DNA of 61,271 bases, from contig DATIBN010000268.1 in assembly GCA_035457525.1 (NCBI GenBank), positions 1-61,271 on the forward strand. Direction: 5' to 3'. Made by a program: the position numbers and the translations under genes. The stretch is from Thermoanaerobaculia bacterium (lineage in GTDB: Bacteria > Acidobacteriota > Thermoanaerobaculia > UBA5066 > Gp7-AA6). A model generated the notes under the pieces. That model searched no databases. It had not been told where the DNA came from and saw nothing but the letters and a program-made list of their open reading frames with translations. Of this stretch, positions 46,198 through 54,831 are shown piece by piece (position 1 is the first letter of the stretch; every line of letters begins with the position of its first letter).

Positions 46198-47003
46198 GGC
46201 GCGACCGCCGGAGGAGCGCCCGGGCGGCGAGGCGCGCGGCGCGGGCCCCCGAGCCCATCCCTCTGCGTACGCTCACCTCCGACGGCGTCCCGATCGCCTA
46301 CACGCTCTGGAGGCGGCCTTCGCACGAGCTCCTGATCCTCGCTCCCGGCTTCTGGCGCCGGAGGCAGGCTCGCGAGAACCTCTACCTCGCGACCCATTTC
46401 GCACGCCTCGGGTACGACGTCGCCACCCTGGACTTCCGCGGCCACGGCGACAGCGGCGGAAGGTACGCGTTCGGAGCGAAGGAGTCGCTGGACGTCGAAG
46501 CCGTGGTCAACGAGCTCGTCGGGGCGGGCCGGCCGTACTCGAGGTTCGGTCTCATCGGCCTCTCGATGGGGGGATCGATCGCTGCGCAGGCGCTCGCGAA
46601 ATTTCCCGACCTTCCCTGCCGGGCTCTCGTCATGATCTCTTCGCCCGCCGACGTCAAGGCGTTGAAGCCGCGGCCGCTCTCGCGCGACGCGATCCGGCAG
46701 CTCCGGCTGCGACACGCGCTCCGCATGCCACGGATCGCGATCCGCCATTTCCGCGGCCCCAAGCCGCGCGCGGCGGAGGCCGTGGAAAAACTCACGATGC
46801 CGAAGCTGATCGTCACCGCGGAGAGGGACTGGCTCGTCGATCCGTCCCACGGCCGGGAGCTCGCGGAGCGGGCGGCCCCGCCGTGCGACTACGTGCACCT
46901 CGACCTGCCCGGGTCACTCCATGCGGACGCGATGGTCAAGTACGTGCCGCTGCGTCTGTTGCGGATGCTCGATCGCTGGCTCTCGACCAACGCTCCGCCT
47001 TAA
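46176..47003 (+). CDS. Alpha/beta hydrolase
   Basis: ATG 46176 (22-nt overlap with the moeA end). HG-type oxyanion region FRGHGDSGG and nucleophile elbow GLSMGG. Confidence 0.7.
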   Translation: MRAARPVGRDRRRSARAARRAARAPEPIPLRTLTSDGVPIAYTLWRRPSHELLILAPGFWRRRQARENLYLATHFARLGYDVATLDFRGHGDSGGRYAFGAKESLDVEAVVNELVGAGRPYSRFGLIGLSMGGSIAAQALAKFPDLPCRALVMISSPADVKALKPRPLSRDAIRQLRLRHALRMPRIAIRHFRGPKPRAAEAVEKLTMPKLIVTAERDWLVDPSHGRELAERAAPPCDYVHLDLPGSLHADAMVKYVPLRLLRMLDRWLSTNAPP

Positions 47004-47054
47004 GCAAACGCTTAGCAAACGATTTCGCACGGCAGCTGCAACTAGAATCCCGCC

Positions 47055-48314
47055 GTGCCGCAACGCCGCGCCGTCATCACCGGAATCGGGTGCCTGTCCC
47101 CCAACGGGAACGGGCGGGAGGCCTTTGCCGGGGGTCTCAAGGCCGGAGAGTCCGGCATCGACCGCATCTCCCTCTTCGACCCGGAAGGGCTGCCGGTTAC
47201 GATCGCCGGTGAGGTCAAGGGCTTCGACCCGATGCGCTGGATCGGCGCCAAGGACATCCGGCACGTTTCGCGCGCCGTCCCCCTGGCGATCGCGGCCTCG
47301 TCCGAAGCCCTCGAGGACGCCGGCATCGACGCGACGCGGCTGTCGCTCGAGGAGCGGCGGGAGTTCGGCGTCGTGCTCGGAACCGGGGGCGGCGCGATCG
47401 AGTTCACCGAGCGGATGTACCACCTCTATTACACGAACCAGACGAAGAAGGCGTCGATCTACTCCATCCCGTCCGGGACGATCGGCACGCTTTCTTCCGA
47501 GATCTCCATGGAGTTCGGCCTTCGCGGGCTTTCGCACGTGGTGTCGACCGGGTGCGCGTCGTCCACGGACGCTCTCGGCTACGCCTTCCGCGCGATCAAG
47601 CATGGAGCCAACGGCGGCATGTACCTCGCCGGCGGCGTGGACGCGACGGTCGTGCGCGGGATCATGGAGGGGTTCGTGATGATGCGGATCGTCTCCACGG
47701 CGTGGGAGTCGGAGCCTTCGCGCGCCTCGCGCCCCTTTTCGGCGGACCGCGACGGCTTCGTGCTCGGCGAGGGCGCGTGGATGTTCGTCATCGAGGAACG
47801 CGAGCGGGCGCTGGCGCGCGGCGCGAAGATTTACGGGGAGATCCGGGGATACGGCGCCACCTGCGACGCCCACCATCGCGTCCGCCTCGACGAGACCGGC
47901 GAGGAGCCGGCCCGCGCGATGGCGCTCGCGATCGAGGAGGCCGGTCTCCGCCCCGACGCGATCGACTACCTCGCGTACCACGGCACCTCGACCGCGTTGA
48001 ACGACCGCGTCGAGACGAAAGCGGTCCGGCGGGCCTTCGGCGCGGCCGCGGAAAGGCTGCCGGGCTCGTCGATCAAGTCGATGATCGGCCATCCTCAGGG
48101 AGCGTGCGGCGCGGCCGGGGTCGCCGCGACCCTCCTCGGGATGCGCGACTCCTTCCTGCCGCCCACCATCAACCTCGACGCGTCCGATTCCGAGTGCGAT
48201 CTCGACTACGTCGCCAACGCGGCGCGCGAAACGTCTTTCGAGAACGCGCTCTGCAACTGCATCGGGTTCGGGTCGAAGAACAGCGCGCTGGTGATCTCGC
48301 AGTCGAACGCGTGA
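47055..48314 (+). CDS. Beta-ketoacyl-ACP synthase, KAS I/II (FabF-like) family
   Basis: RRAVITGIGCLSPNG, active-site TGCASS, CDAHH and YHGTST His motifs, SIKSMIGHPQGA. GTG start. No ACP gene adjacent. Confidence 0.85.
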   Translation: MPQRRAVITGIGCLSPNGNGREAFAGGLKAGESGIDRISLFDPEGLPVTIAGEVKGFDPMRWIGAKDIRHVSRAVPLAIAASSEALEDAGIDATRLSLEERREFGVVLGTGGGAIEFTERMYHLYYTNQTKKASIYSIPSGTIGTLSSEISMEFGLRGLSHVVSTGCASSTDALGYAFRAIKHGANGGMYLAGGVDATVVRGIMEGFVMMRIVSTAWESEPSRASRPFSADRDGFVLGEGAWMFVIEERERALARGAKIYGEIRGYGATCDAHHRVRLDETGEEPARAMALAIEEAGLRPDAIDYLAYHGTSTALNDRVETKAVRRAFGAAAERLPGSSIKSMIGHPQGACGAAGVAATLLGMRDSFLPPTINLDASDSECDLDYVANAARETSFENALCNCIGFGSKNSALVISQSNA

Positions 48315-49012
48315 ACCTGCTCGTCCCCCCTCGCCGGCCCTCCGACGAGATCCTGGACGACCCCGCGATTGCCCCGGAAGAGATGTACCGCTCGCTCCAG
48401 GACCTCGCCCTCGTCAACCGCTGGTGGGGCAGCGCGCGGGCCCTCCGGCAGTTTCTCGTCCGGGAGATCCGGCGTTCTCACGCGGTGCGGCCGGTGGTGC
48501 TCGACCTGGGCGCGGGGTCCGCGGACGTCTCGCGCCGCCTCGCCCGGTCGCTCTCGCGGGCGGGTCACCCGGCGACGGTCGTCGCGTGCGACGTCCAGTG
48601 GCGGCACCTCATTGCCGGCCGCCGCATGGCGGACAACGACCTCCCCTCCCTCGCGGGCGACGCCTTCGACCTGCCTCTCCCCGAGAAGTCCGTGGACTGG
48701 ATCGTCTCGACGCTCTTCTTCCATCACTTCTCGCCGGCCGAGAACGCCCGCCTGCTCGAGTCCTTCGCGCGGATCGCGCGCCGGGGGTTCGCGCTCCTCG
48801 ACCTGACACGCCACGTCCTGCCCCTCGCCTTCATCGCGGTCGCCGGACGCATCCTGTTCAAGACGCCCGTCTCGGTCGCGGATGGCATCGCCTCCGTCCG
48901 GCAGGCCTACACGCCCGAGGAGGCGATCGAGATCGCGCGCCGGTCGGTGCCCGGGGCCCGCGTCGACCGCGTGTTTCCCTTCCGGTATCTGCTGTCGGCC
49001 ACGACCCCTTGA
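48311..49012 (+). CDS. Class I SAM-dependent methyltransferase
   Basis: GTGA overlap with the KAS stop. SAM motif I VLDLGAGSADV. 233 aa. Confidence 0.75.
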   Translation: MNLLVPPRRPSDEILDDPAIAPEEMYRSLQDLALVNRWWGSARALRQFLVREIRRSHAVRPVVLDLGAGSADVSRRLARSLSRAGHPATVVACDVQWRHLIAGRRMADNDLPSLAGDAFDLPLPEKSVDWIVSTLFFHHFSPAENARLLESFARIARRGFALLDLTRHVLPLAFIAVAGRILFKTPVSVADGIASVRQAYTPEEAIEIARRSVPGARVDRVFPFRYLLSATTP

Positions 49013-50142
49013 GCGAGGCCTTCGACGCCGTCGTCGTGGGCGCCGGGCCGGCCGGCTCCGCGGCCGCGGCGGTGCTCGCAGAGCGCGGACGCTCCGTCCT
49101 CCTCCTCGAGAAAGACGTCTTCCCGCGCCACAAGGTCTGCGGCGAGTTCCTCTCCGCCGACGCGCTCCCGAGCCTGGATCGGATCGGCGCGCGCCGGGAG
49201 ATCGAAGACGCCACCCCGGAGAGGATGACGCGCGGCGCGTTCCACCTCGCGGGAGGAAGAGTGGTGTCGTTTCCGCTGCCGGCCCCGGCTCTCGGGCTGT
49301 CGCGTCATCGGTTCGACGACCTGCTCGCGCGCCGCGCAAGCGGCGCCGGCGCCGACGTGCGGTTCGCGGCGCGCGTTCTGTCGGTGGAGCCCGCGCCGGA
49401 GAGCGGCTTCCGCGTTCGCTTCCTCCACCGGCAGCGGGAGAGCGAAGCGGTGGCCACGGCCGCGATTGGGGCCTGGGGACGCTGGGACTCGCTCGACCGC
49501 GCACTCGATCGCGGCTTTCTGGGTCGCCGCACCCGCTTCTTCGGCTGGAGCCGGGACTTCCGCGCCGACGGCGGATTCCTCGAGGGAGAGGTACGGCTAT
49601 ACCTCTTTGCCGGCGGCTACTGCGGCCTGTCGCGCGTGGAAGGGGGTGCCGTCAACCTCGCCGGGGTCGTCGCCGAGAAAGTCTGGAAGCGCGCGGGGGC
49701 GGGATGGGATTCCGTCGTGGATGGCGCGAGGCGCGGGAACCCCGCTCTCGACCGCGATCTCGCCCGGTTGACTCCGGGGCCCATCGGCTTTCTCGGGACG
49801 GGCCCGGTTTTCTTCACGAGGAAGCCGCCGGTGGAAAACGGCCTCCTCATGGCCGGCGACGCGGCGGGAGTCATCGATCCCTTCTCGGGCGAAGGCCAGG
49901 CCGCGGCGCTCGCGAGCGGAATCCTCGCGGCAGACACGGCCGAGCGTCTCCTCGCGGGAGAGCTCTCGCGTGCGGGTGCCGCGCAGACCTATGCCACGGA
50001 GTGGCGGAGGAGATTCGCGCGACGTTTCGCGTGGAGCGCCGTCTTCCGGCGCCTCGTGCTGAACGAGACGATCGGTGCGCTGGCCGGCCGGCTGGCGGGA
50101 GAGAGGCTGGTCCGGTTCGGCATCTCCGCCACGCGACGCTAG
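49009..50142 (+). CDS. FAD-dependent oxidoreductase (geranylgeranyl reductase / flavin monooxygenase-halogenase superfamily)
   Basis: TTG at 49009 (TTGA overlap). Dinucleotide fold DAVVVGAGPAGSAAAAVLAERG and a later GDAAG motif. Confidence 0.75.
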   Translation: MSEAFDAVVVGAGPAGSAAAAVLAERGRSVLLLEKDVFPRHKVCGEFLSADALPSLDRIGARREIEDATPERMTRGAFHLAGGRVVSFPLPAPALGLSRHRFDDLLARRASGAGADVRFAARVLSVEPAPESGFRVRFLHRQRESEAVATAAIGAWGRWDSLDRALDRGFLGRRTRFFGWSRDFRADGGFLEGEVRLYLFAGGYCGLSRVEGGAVNLAGVVAEKVWKRAGAGWDSVVDGARRGNPALDRDLARLTPGPIGFLGTGPVFFTRKPPVENGLLMAGDAAGVIDPFSGEGQAAALASGILAADTAERLLAGELSRAGAAQTYATEWRRRFARRFAWSAVFRRLVLNETIGALAGRLAGERLVRFGISATRR

Positions 50143-50164
50143 TCGTGGCTGAGGACGGGTAGCC

Positions 50165-50224
50165 GGGGTCAGGCGTGCAGTTTGGTGTTATTCGGCGACA
50201 ACGCCAAAATACATGCCTGACCCC
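50165..50224. repeat. 60-bp subfamily A element GGGGTCAGGC...GCCTGACCCC
   Basis: Perfect 10-bp arms. The interior TTTGGTGTT...AACGCCAAA pairs with one G-T position, so the whole element is an extended hairpin. Confidence 0.9.
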
Positions 50225-50315
50225 TCGTGCTGAACGAGAGGATCGGGGCGCTGGCCGGCCGGCTGGCGGGAGAGAGGCTGGTCCGGTTCGGCATCTCCGC
50301 CACGCGACGCTAGTC
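50225..50315 (+). repeat. Relic duplicate of the last 91 nt of the oxidoreductase gene, including its stop
   Basis: 50225-50315 against 50054-50144: 89/91 identical by direct reading. Mismatches are at 50240 and 50247. Confidence 0.92.
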
Positions 50316-50320
50316 CTCGC

Positions 50321-51055
50321 CTAAAGCCCCCGGGCCCCCTCCGGCGTGAAGATCCTCGGGTCGATCCGAGCGGTCCGATACTTCCGGTACTCGAGCCGCG
50401 TCACAGCGTTCGACGCCGGGCCGAGGAGGTCTCTCACCTCCATCTCGGCCACGACCGTCCGGCCGTTCAAAGTCTGGAACTTCGTGAAGGTGACGGCACG
50501 TACCTCCTTGCCCGACGCGAGGAAGAACCGCACCCGGCAGGGGACCCTTTCGCGCTCGTCCACCGACAGCAGGATGCGCGGGTAGGAAGATCGCGCGGAC
50601 TTCGCCGTGAGCTCGAGAACGCGGCAGCTGCGATCCGCAACGCTCTCCTTCTCGTCCGCGTCCTTCGCGACGTAGTCCTCCGAGAAGCGAAGGCGGGAGA
50701 CGTCGCCGAACGACGCACCGCCCAGGAGCCGCTGGTTGGCCGTGATCGGCACCGGGTTGGTCGAGCCGGGAACGAGCAGCCACATCTTGTCGCCGTTCGT
50801 GAGCACCTTGCGGCCGCTGTTCTTCCCGCCGCGAAACACGATGAGTCCCCTGTCGCGACCCTTCACGTAGACGTCGAAGTCCGCGGTCCCGGTCTCCTTT
50901 CCGCCGACGATCTGGGTCGCACGCGCGGTGATGACCGCCTCGTCGAACGCGTTGCGCGTCGCGTCCACTGCGGCCAGGAGTCCCTGCAGGTCCTCCGCGG
51001 CGACCGAAGTCGCGAGCGAAAGGAGGATGGCGAGCGCCAAATGCGTTCTTCTCAC
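50321..51055 (-). CDS. LolA-like outer membrane lipoprotein-sorting protein
   Basis: GTG at 51055. Signal peptide VRRTHLALAILLSLATSVAA, then about 220 aa of beta-rich sequence of the LolA-like/DUF4367 type. Adjacent to the FtsX permease and ABC ATPase. Confidence 0.65.
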   Translation of the reverse strand: MRRTHLALAILLSLATSVAAEDLQGLLAAVDATRNAFDEAVITARATQIVGGKETGTADFDVYVKGRDRGLIVFRGGKNSGRKVLTNGDKMWLLVPGSTNPVPITANQRLLGGASFGDVSRLRFSEDYVAKDADEKESVADRSCRVLELTAKSARSSYPRILLSVDERERVPCRVRFFLASGKEVRAVTFTKFQTLNGRTVVAEMEVRDLLGPASNAVTRLEYRKYRTARIDPRIFTPEGARGL

Positions 51056-51090
51056 GGTGAGTTCAACACCGCACCGAGCCTGCGTGTTCC

Positions 51091-52383
51091 TCAGACGTGG
51101 GCGAGCGCGTCCACGATCGGCATCCTCGCCGCCCGGCGCGCCGGGAACCACGAGGCCACGATCATCGTCACGACCATCGTCACGACTCCGGCGGCGTACG
51201 CGAGCGGGTAGAGCCGGACGTTGATGGGCATCCCGTGAGTGGCGCCGGGAGGCGGCGGCAGGATGAGCCCGGAGGCGTTCAGGACGGCCCGGACGAGCAG
51301 AGCGAGCAGACCACCGACGACGCAGCCCGCGAGCGCCAGCACCGCGCCTTCGGCGAGGAACATCTTCTGAACGACGGCCGGCCGGGTTCCGATCGCGCGC
51401 AGGGTTCCGATCTCGCGCGTGCGTTCGGTGGCCGCCATGGTCATCACGATCGCCGCCGAGAGGATGACGATGACGACGAGCACCGCACCCACGAACCCGA
51501 AAATGCCGATGTAGAGCAGCTTGACCTGCCCGTAGAAGACGGCGAGGTCTTCCCACTTGCGGACGGCGACCGGAAATCCGGCGGAGACGAGCGCGCGCTC
51601 GACCTCCCGCGCCGCGCGATCCTCGTCGACCCGTTTCTTCAGGAAGATCACGAGCTTGGAAACCGTGTTCGAGGTCTCCAGAAGTCGCGACACGTGCGCG
51701 ATTCCGGCCGCGAGATAGCGATCGTTCAGCTCCTTGATGCGGACGTCCACGAGACCCGTGACCACGGCGTCGACGGCGTTCAACGATCCCTCCGGGGTCG
51801 TCGCGAGAAGCGTCACGCGATCCCCGGTCTTCGCCCCGAGCGAAGCGGCGAGGCCGGTCCCCAGAACGGCCTCCGGTCCGTCGGCGCTCGTGAGATAGCT
51901 TCCCGCCACCACGAGTTCTCCCGCGAGGCTGGACGACTGTTCGGGTTTCGGATCGACGCCCAATCCCAGGAAGGGCACGGACTTCGCGCCGTTCGTGGCG
52001 AGGCCCACGAACTCGATGCGCGGCAGGACGGCGTCCACGCCGGCGACGCGCGCCGCGATCGCCCGCGCGCGTTCCGCGTCCTGCAGCCCGAACTCGAGCG
52101 TCGCGTCTTCGTTCCGGGCGACCGCCCGCCGGTCCACGACCTGTAGGTGGCCGACCGTACGGATCGTGCCTTCCTTCAATCCCTCGAAAGACTGCGCGAT
52201 GAACCCCCCCGCGAGGGCGAATGCCGCGAACCCGAACGCGACGACCGAGCCCATGAGGAGCGTCCGGCGCTTCTGGCGAACGAGGTTCCTCCACGCGAGC
52301 GCCCAGGAATTCAAGCCCGATCCTTTGTCGCGGCGGCTCGACGCCGCCGGTAGAGAGCAGACGGCCGCGGAGCAACATCCCAT
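51091..52383 (-). CDS. ABC transporter permease, FtsX/LolC/E-MacB type
   Basis: N-terminal TM, a large periplasmic domain, and C-terminal FtsX TMs (REIGTLRAIGTRP). An alternative TTG start at 52314 gives the more typical N-terminus LNSWALAWRNLVRQKRRT. Confidence 0.8.
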   Translation of the reverse strand: MGCCSAAVCSLPAASSRRDKGSGLNSWALAWRNLVRQKRRTLLMGSVVAFGFAAFALAGGFIAQSFEGLKEGTIRTVGHLQVVDRRAVARNEDATLEFGLQDAERARAIAARVAGVDAVLPRIEFVGLATNGAKSVPFLGLGVDPKPEQSSSLAGELVVAGSYLTSADGPEAVLGTGLAASLGAKTGDRVTLLATTPEGSLNAVDAVVTGLVDVRIKELNDRYLAAGIAHVSRLLETSNTVSKLVIFLKKRVDEDRAAREVERALVSAGFPVAVRKWEDLAVFYGQVKLLYIGIFGFVGAVLVVIVILSAAIVMTMAATERTREIGTLRAIGTRPAVVQKMFLAEGAVLALAGCVVGGLLALLVRAVLNASGLILPPPPGATHGMPINVRLYPLAYAAGVVTMVVTMIVASWFPARRAARMPIVDALAHV

Positions 52384-52411
52384 GGCCGTAGCGCAACACC
52401 GACCCGACTCG

Positions 52412-53113
52412 TCACTGGCGATCCTCCGTGATTCGACCGTCGGTCAGGGAGATGACGCGCTTCGCCCGTTCCACGACCCGCGGGTCGTGCGTGGCGAAAA
52501 GGAACGCGACCTCGCGCTCCTCGTTGCTCCGCCGCATGAGGTCGAGGATCTCGTCGGCCGTCTTCGAGTCCAGGTTCGCGGTCGGTTCGTCGGCGAACAC
52601 GACCGCGGGCCCGTTGGCGAGCGCGCGGGCGATCGCGACCCGCTGCCGCTGCCCTCCGGAGAGGAGGTCCGGCCTCACGCCGATCTTGTCGGCGCAGCCG
52701 ACGGCCGCGAGGAGTTCGCGCGCGCGGGAGCGGCGCTCCGCCGCCGGAACTCCGGCGAGGGCCAGCGGGTACGCGACGTTCTCCTCCGCCGTGAGGACCG
52801 GAATGAGGTTGAACGTCTGGAACACGAAACCGAACCGACCGCGGCGGACGTCGGACTTCGTGTTCTCGGAGAGGTCCACGGCGTTCGTGCCGTCGAGGAG
52901 GACGGCGCCGCGATCCGGGACGTCGAGCAGGCCGAGCACGTTCAGGAGCGTCGTCTTCCCGGAGCCGCTCGGCCCCCGGATGGCGATGAACTCACCGGGC
53001 CGGACGTCGAGCGACACGTCGTGCAGGGCGGGAACCGGCGCGGAGCCGAGCCGGTAGGACTTGGAGATCGACTGCGCGGACAGGAGCGGGGTGGATTTCG
53101 AAACGGGCGGCAT
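52412..53113 (-). CDS. ABC transporter ATP-binding protein (LolD/MacB-like)
   Basis: Walker A GPSGSGKTT, Q-loop, signature LSGGQRQR, Walker B VVFADEPT. Confidence 0.9.
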   Translation of the reverse strand: MPPVSKSTPLLSAQSISKSYRLGSAPVPALHDVSLDVRPGEFIAIRGPSGSGKTTLLNVLGLLDVPDRGAVLLDGTNAVDLSENTKSDVRRGRFGFVFQTFNLIPVLTAEENVAYPLALAGVPAAERRSRARELLAAVGCADKIGVRPDLLSGGQRQRVAIARALANGPAVVFADEPTANLDSKTADEILDLMRRSNEEREVAFLFATHDPRVVERAKRVISLTDGRITEDRQ

Positions 53114-53123
53114 CCCCGGCCCG

Positions 53124-53837
53124 TCAGTCCTCCAGGAAATACTGCACCGTGGTCACCACGCGGACCTTCTTGACCTCGGGGGAGAACGCGTCCCGGTCCT
53201 GGATGTCGAAGTAGCCCTGCTGCGCGGTGCGGATCGCGCCGACCCGGCTCCCGGAGTCCCGCGCGAACTGCTCGGCGGCCTTCCGTGCGTCCTTCGTCGC
53301 CTCGGCGATCATCGCCGGCTTGATCGTGTCGAGCGCCGTGTACAGGAACGTCGTGTTGTACTCGTAACTCCGGACGAGAGCGACGCCCTCCCGGATGAGC
53401 TCTCCCGACTGCTGCATCGCCACTTTCACCGGAGTGATCTTCCCGGACCGCAGCGTCACGGTCTGCTCGGCGACGTACCGGTCCCCGGCGTCTCCGCGCA
53501 TCCGGCCCCCCTGCGCTTCGCGGTCCGTCACCCGCGGCGAGGACAGGGTGTACTCGGCCGGCGTGAAGCCGCGCGCCTCGAGAAAGGCGAAGACCTTCTT
53601 CGCGCTCGCGTCGAGGGTCGCCTGGACCGTGACGAGGTCGTTGCCGGTCGTAGAAAAGACGATCGGCCACATCGCCAGGTTCGCCGGGACCTCGCGCTCG
53701 GCCAGGCCCTTCACGGTGACGACGCGTTCCGAAGCGCGCGCGGCAAAGAGGCCTCGGCCGATCAGGGCTCCCCCGCCGATCATTCCGATCGCGAGCGTGC
53801 CCCCGAAAACCAGGGTGGCGAGGCTCTCGTTCTTCAC
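53124..53837 (-). CDS. SIMPL (DUF541) domain-containing protein
   Basis: One N-terminal TM, then sequence of the SIMPL/BP26 type (..VTVKGLAEREVPANLA...; C-terminal ..VRVVTTVQYFL). 237 aa. Confidence 0.65.
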   Translation of the reverse strand: MKNESLATLVFGGTLAIGMIGGGALIGRGLFAARASERVVTVKGLAEREVPANLAMWPIVFSTTGNDLVTVQATLDASAKKVFAFLEARGFTPAEYTLSSPRVTDREAQGGRMRGDAGDRYVAEQTVTLRSGKITPVKVAMQQSGELIREGVALVRSYEYNTTFLYTALDTIKPAMIAEATKDARKAAEQFARDSGSRVGAIRTAQQGYFDIQDRDAFSPEVKKVRVVTTVQYFLED

Positions 53838-53871
53838 AGCGCGCCTTCCGGCGCGATCATAACCGGAGCCG

Positions 53872-54249
53872 CTACCTCTCGCCGCGGCGCGCGAGATTCC
53901 GTCCGGCCGCCGCGCCGGCCGCGAGGACCAGGCCGCCGCCGAGAAGAAAGAGAGACAGCGTCAGCGGAAGCACGAGGCCGCTCGCCGACCCCTCCAGCCA
54001 CCGGAGCAGTGACACGCCGTTCGAGCCCGCCAGCGCCGCGAGGACTCCGGCCGCGAGCGCGAGCGAGATCCAGTGCGCCGTTTGGACGGGACGGCTCGCG
54101 CCGCGGCGCGCTTCGAGCGCCTCGAGCAGCCGGGCTTTGCGCCAGAGGACAGCGGGATCGGGAAGCTCGGACGACGGAGGCGGCACGTCGCGAAGCGCGC
54201 GCACCACGCCTCGGATTCGGGACTCTTCGTTCGATTCGAGAGTCTTCAA
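53872..54249 (-). CDS. Putative anti-sigma factor / small membrane protein
   Basis: TTG at 54249 (TTGA overlap with the sigma stop). 125 aa with two hydrophobic helices. Assigned by position only. Confidence 0.4.
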   Translation of the reverse strand: MKTLESNEESRIRGVVRALRDVPPPSSELPDPAVLWRKARLLEALEARRGASRPVQTAHWISLALAAGVLAALAGSNGVSLLRWLEGSASGLVLPLTLSLFLLGGGLVLAAGAAAGRNLARRGER

Positions 54250-54812
54250 GAGAGCACCTCCGGCCCGATTCCCATGCGGTCGAGGACGCCTGCGAGCCGC
54301 CGCCTCGCCCGGAAGAGCAGCACCTTGATGCTTCCGCGCGAGAGCCCGAGCGCGCGACTGATTTCGCGGTGGTCCATTCCTTCGGCGTAGGCCAGCCACA
54401 GGAGCGCGCGCTCGCGCGGTTTCAACGCGGCAAACGCCCGGTCGAGCTCCCGCCGGCGGATCAGGTCGGATTCGCCGCCGCGCCCTTCGGATGTCGCGAC
54501 GTCCGCCTCGAGGGTCTCCACGGCGCGGCGCGCGGAGTGGCGCCACCAGTCGGCCGCGAGGTTCGTCCCGATCCGGTACACGTACGCTCTCCACTCGCTT
54601 CGCGATGCCGGTATCCGCGCGCGGCAGAACCGCAGGTACGTCTCCTGGAGGAGGTCGTCCGCGAGAGTGCGGTTGCCGCAGATCCTCGCGAGGTAACCCC
54701 AGAGCGGCCGCGCCGTCTCGCGATAGAAAGTCTCGAACTCGGTCTGAGTCACCGGGACCGGCTCCGCGCCAGAAAGAGCCAGAGAGCCTCCGAGCGCGAC
54801 ATCGACGATCAT
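54246..54812 (-). CDS. ECF (sigma-70 family) RNA polymerase sigma factor
   Basis: Region 2 (LADDLLQETYLRF...YVYRIGTNLAADWWR) and region 4 (RERALLWLAYAEGMDHREISRALGLSRGSIKVLLFRARRRL). Confidence 0.85.
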   Translation of the reverse strand: MIVDVALGGSLALSGAEPVPVTQTEFETFYRETARPLWGYLARICGNRTLADDLLQETYLRFCRARIPASRSEWRAYVYRIGTNLAADWWRHSARRAVETLEADVATSEGRGGESDLIRRRELDRAFAALKPRERALLWLAYAEGMDHREISRALGLSRGSIKVLLFRARRRLAGVLDRMGIGPEVLS

Positions 54813-54831
54813 CGAGCCCCCGCGCCCCGAC

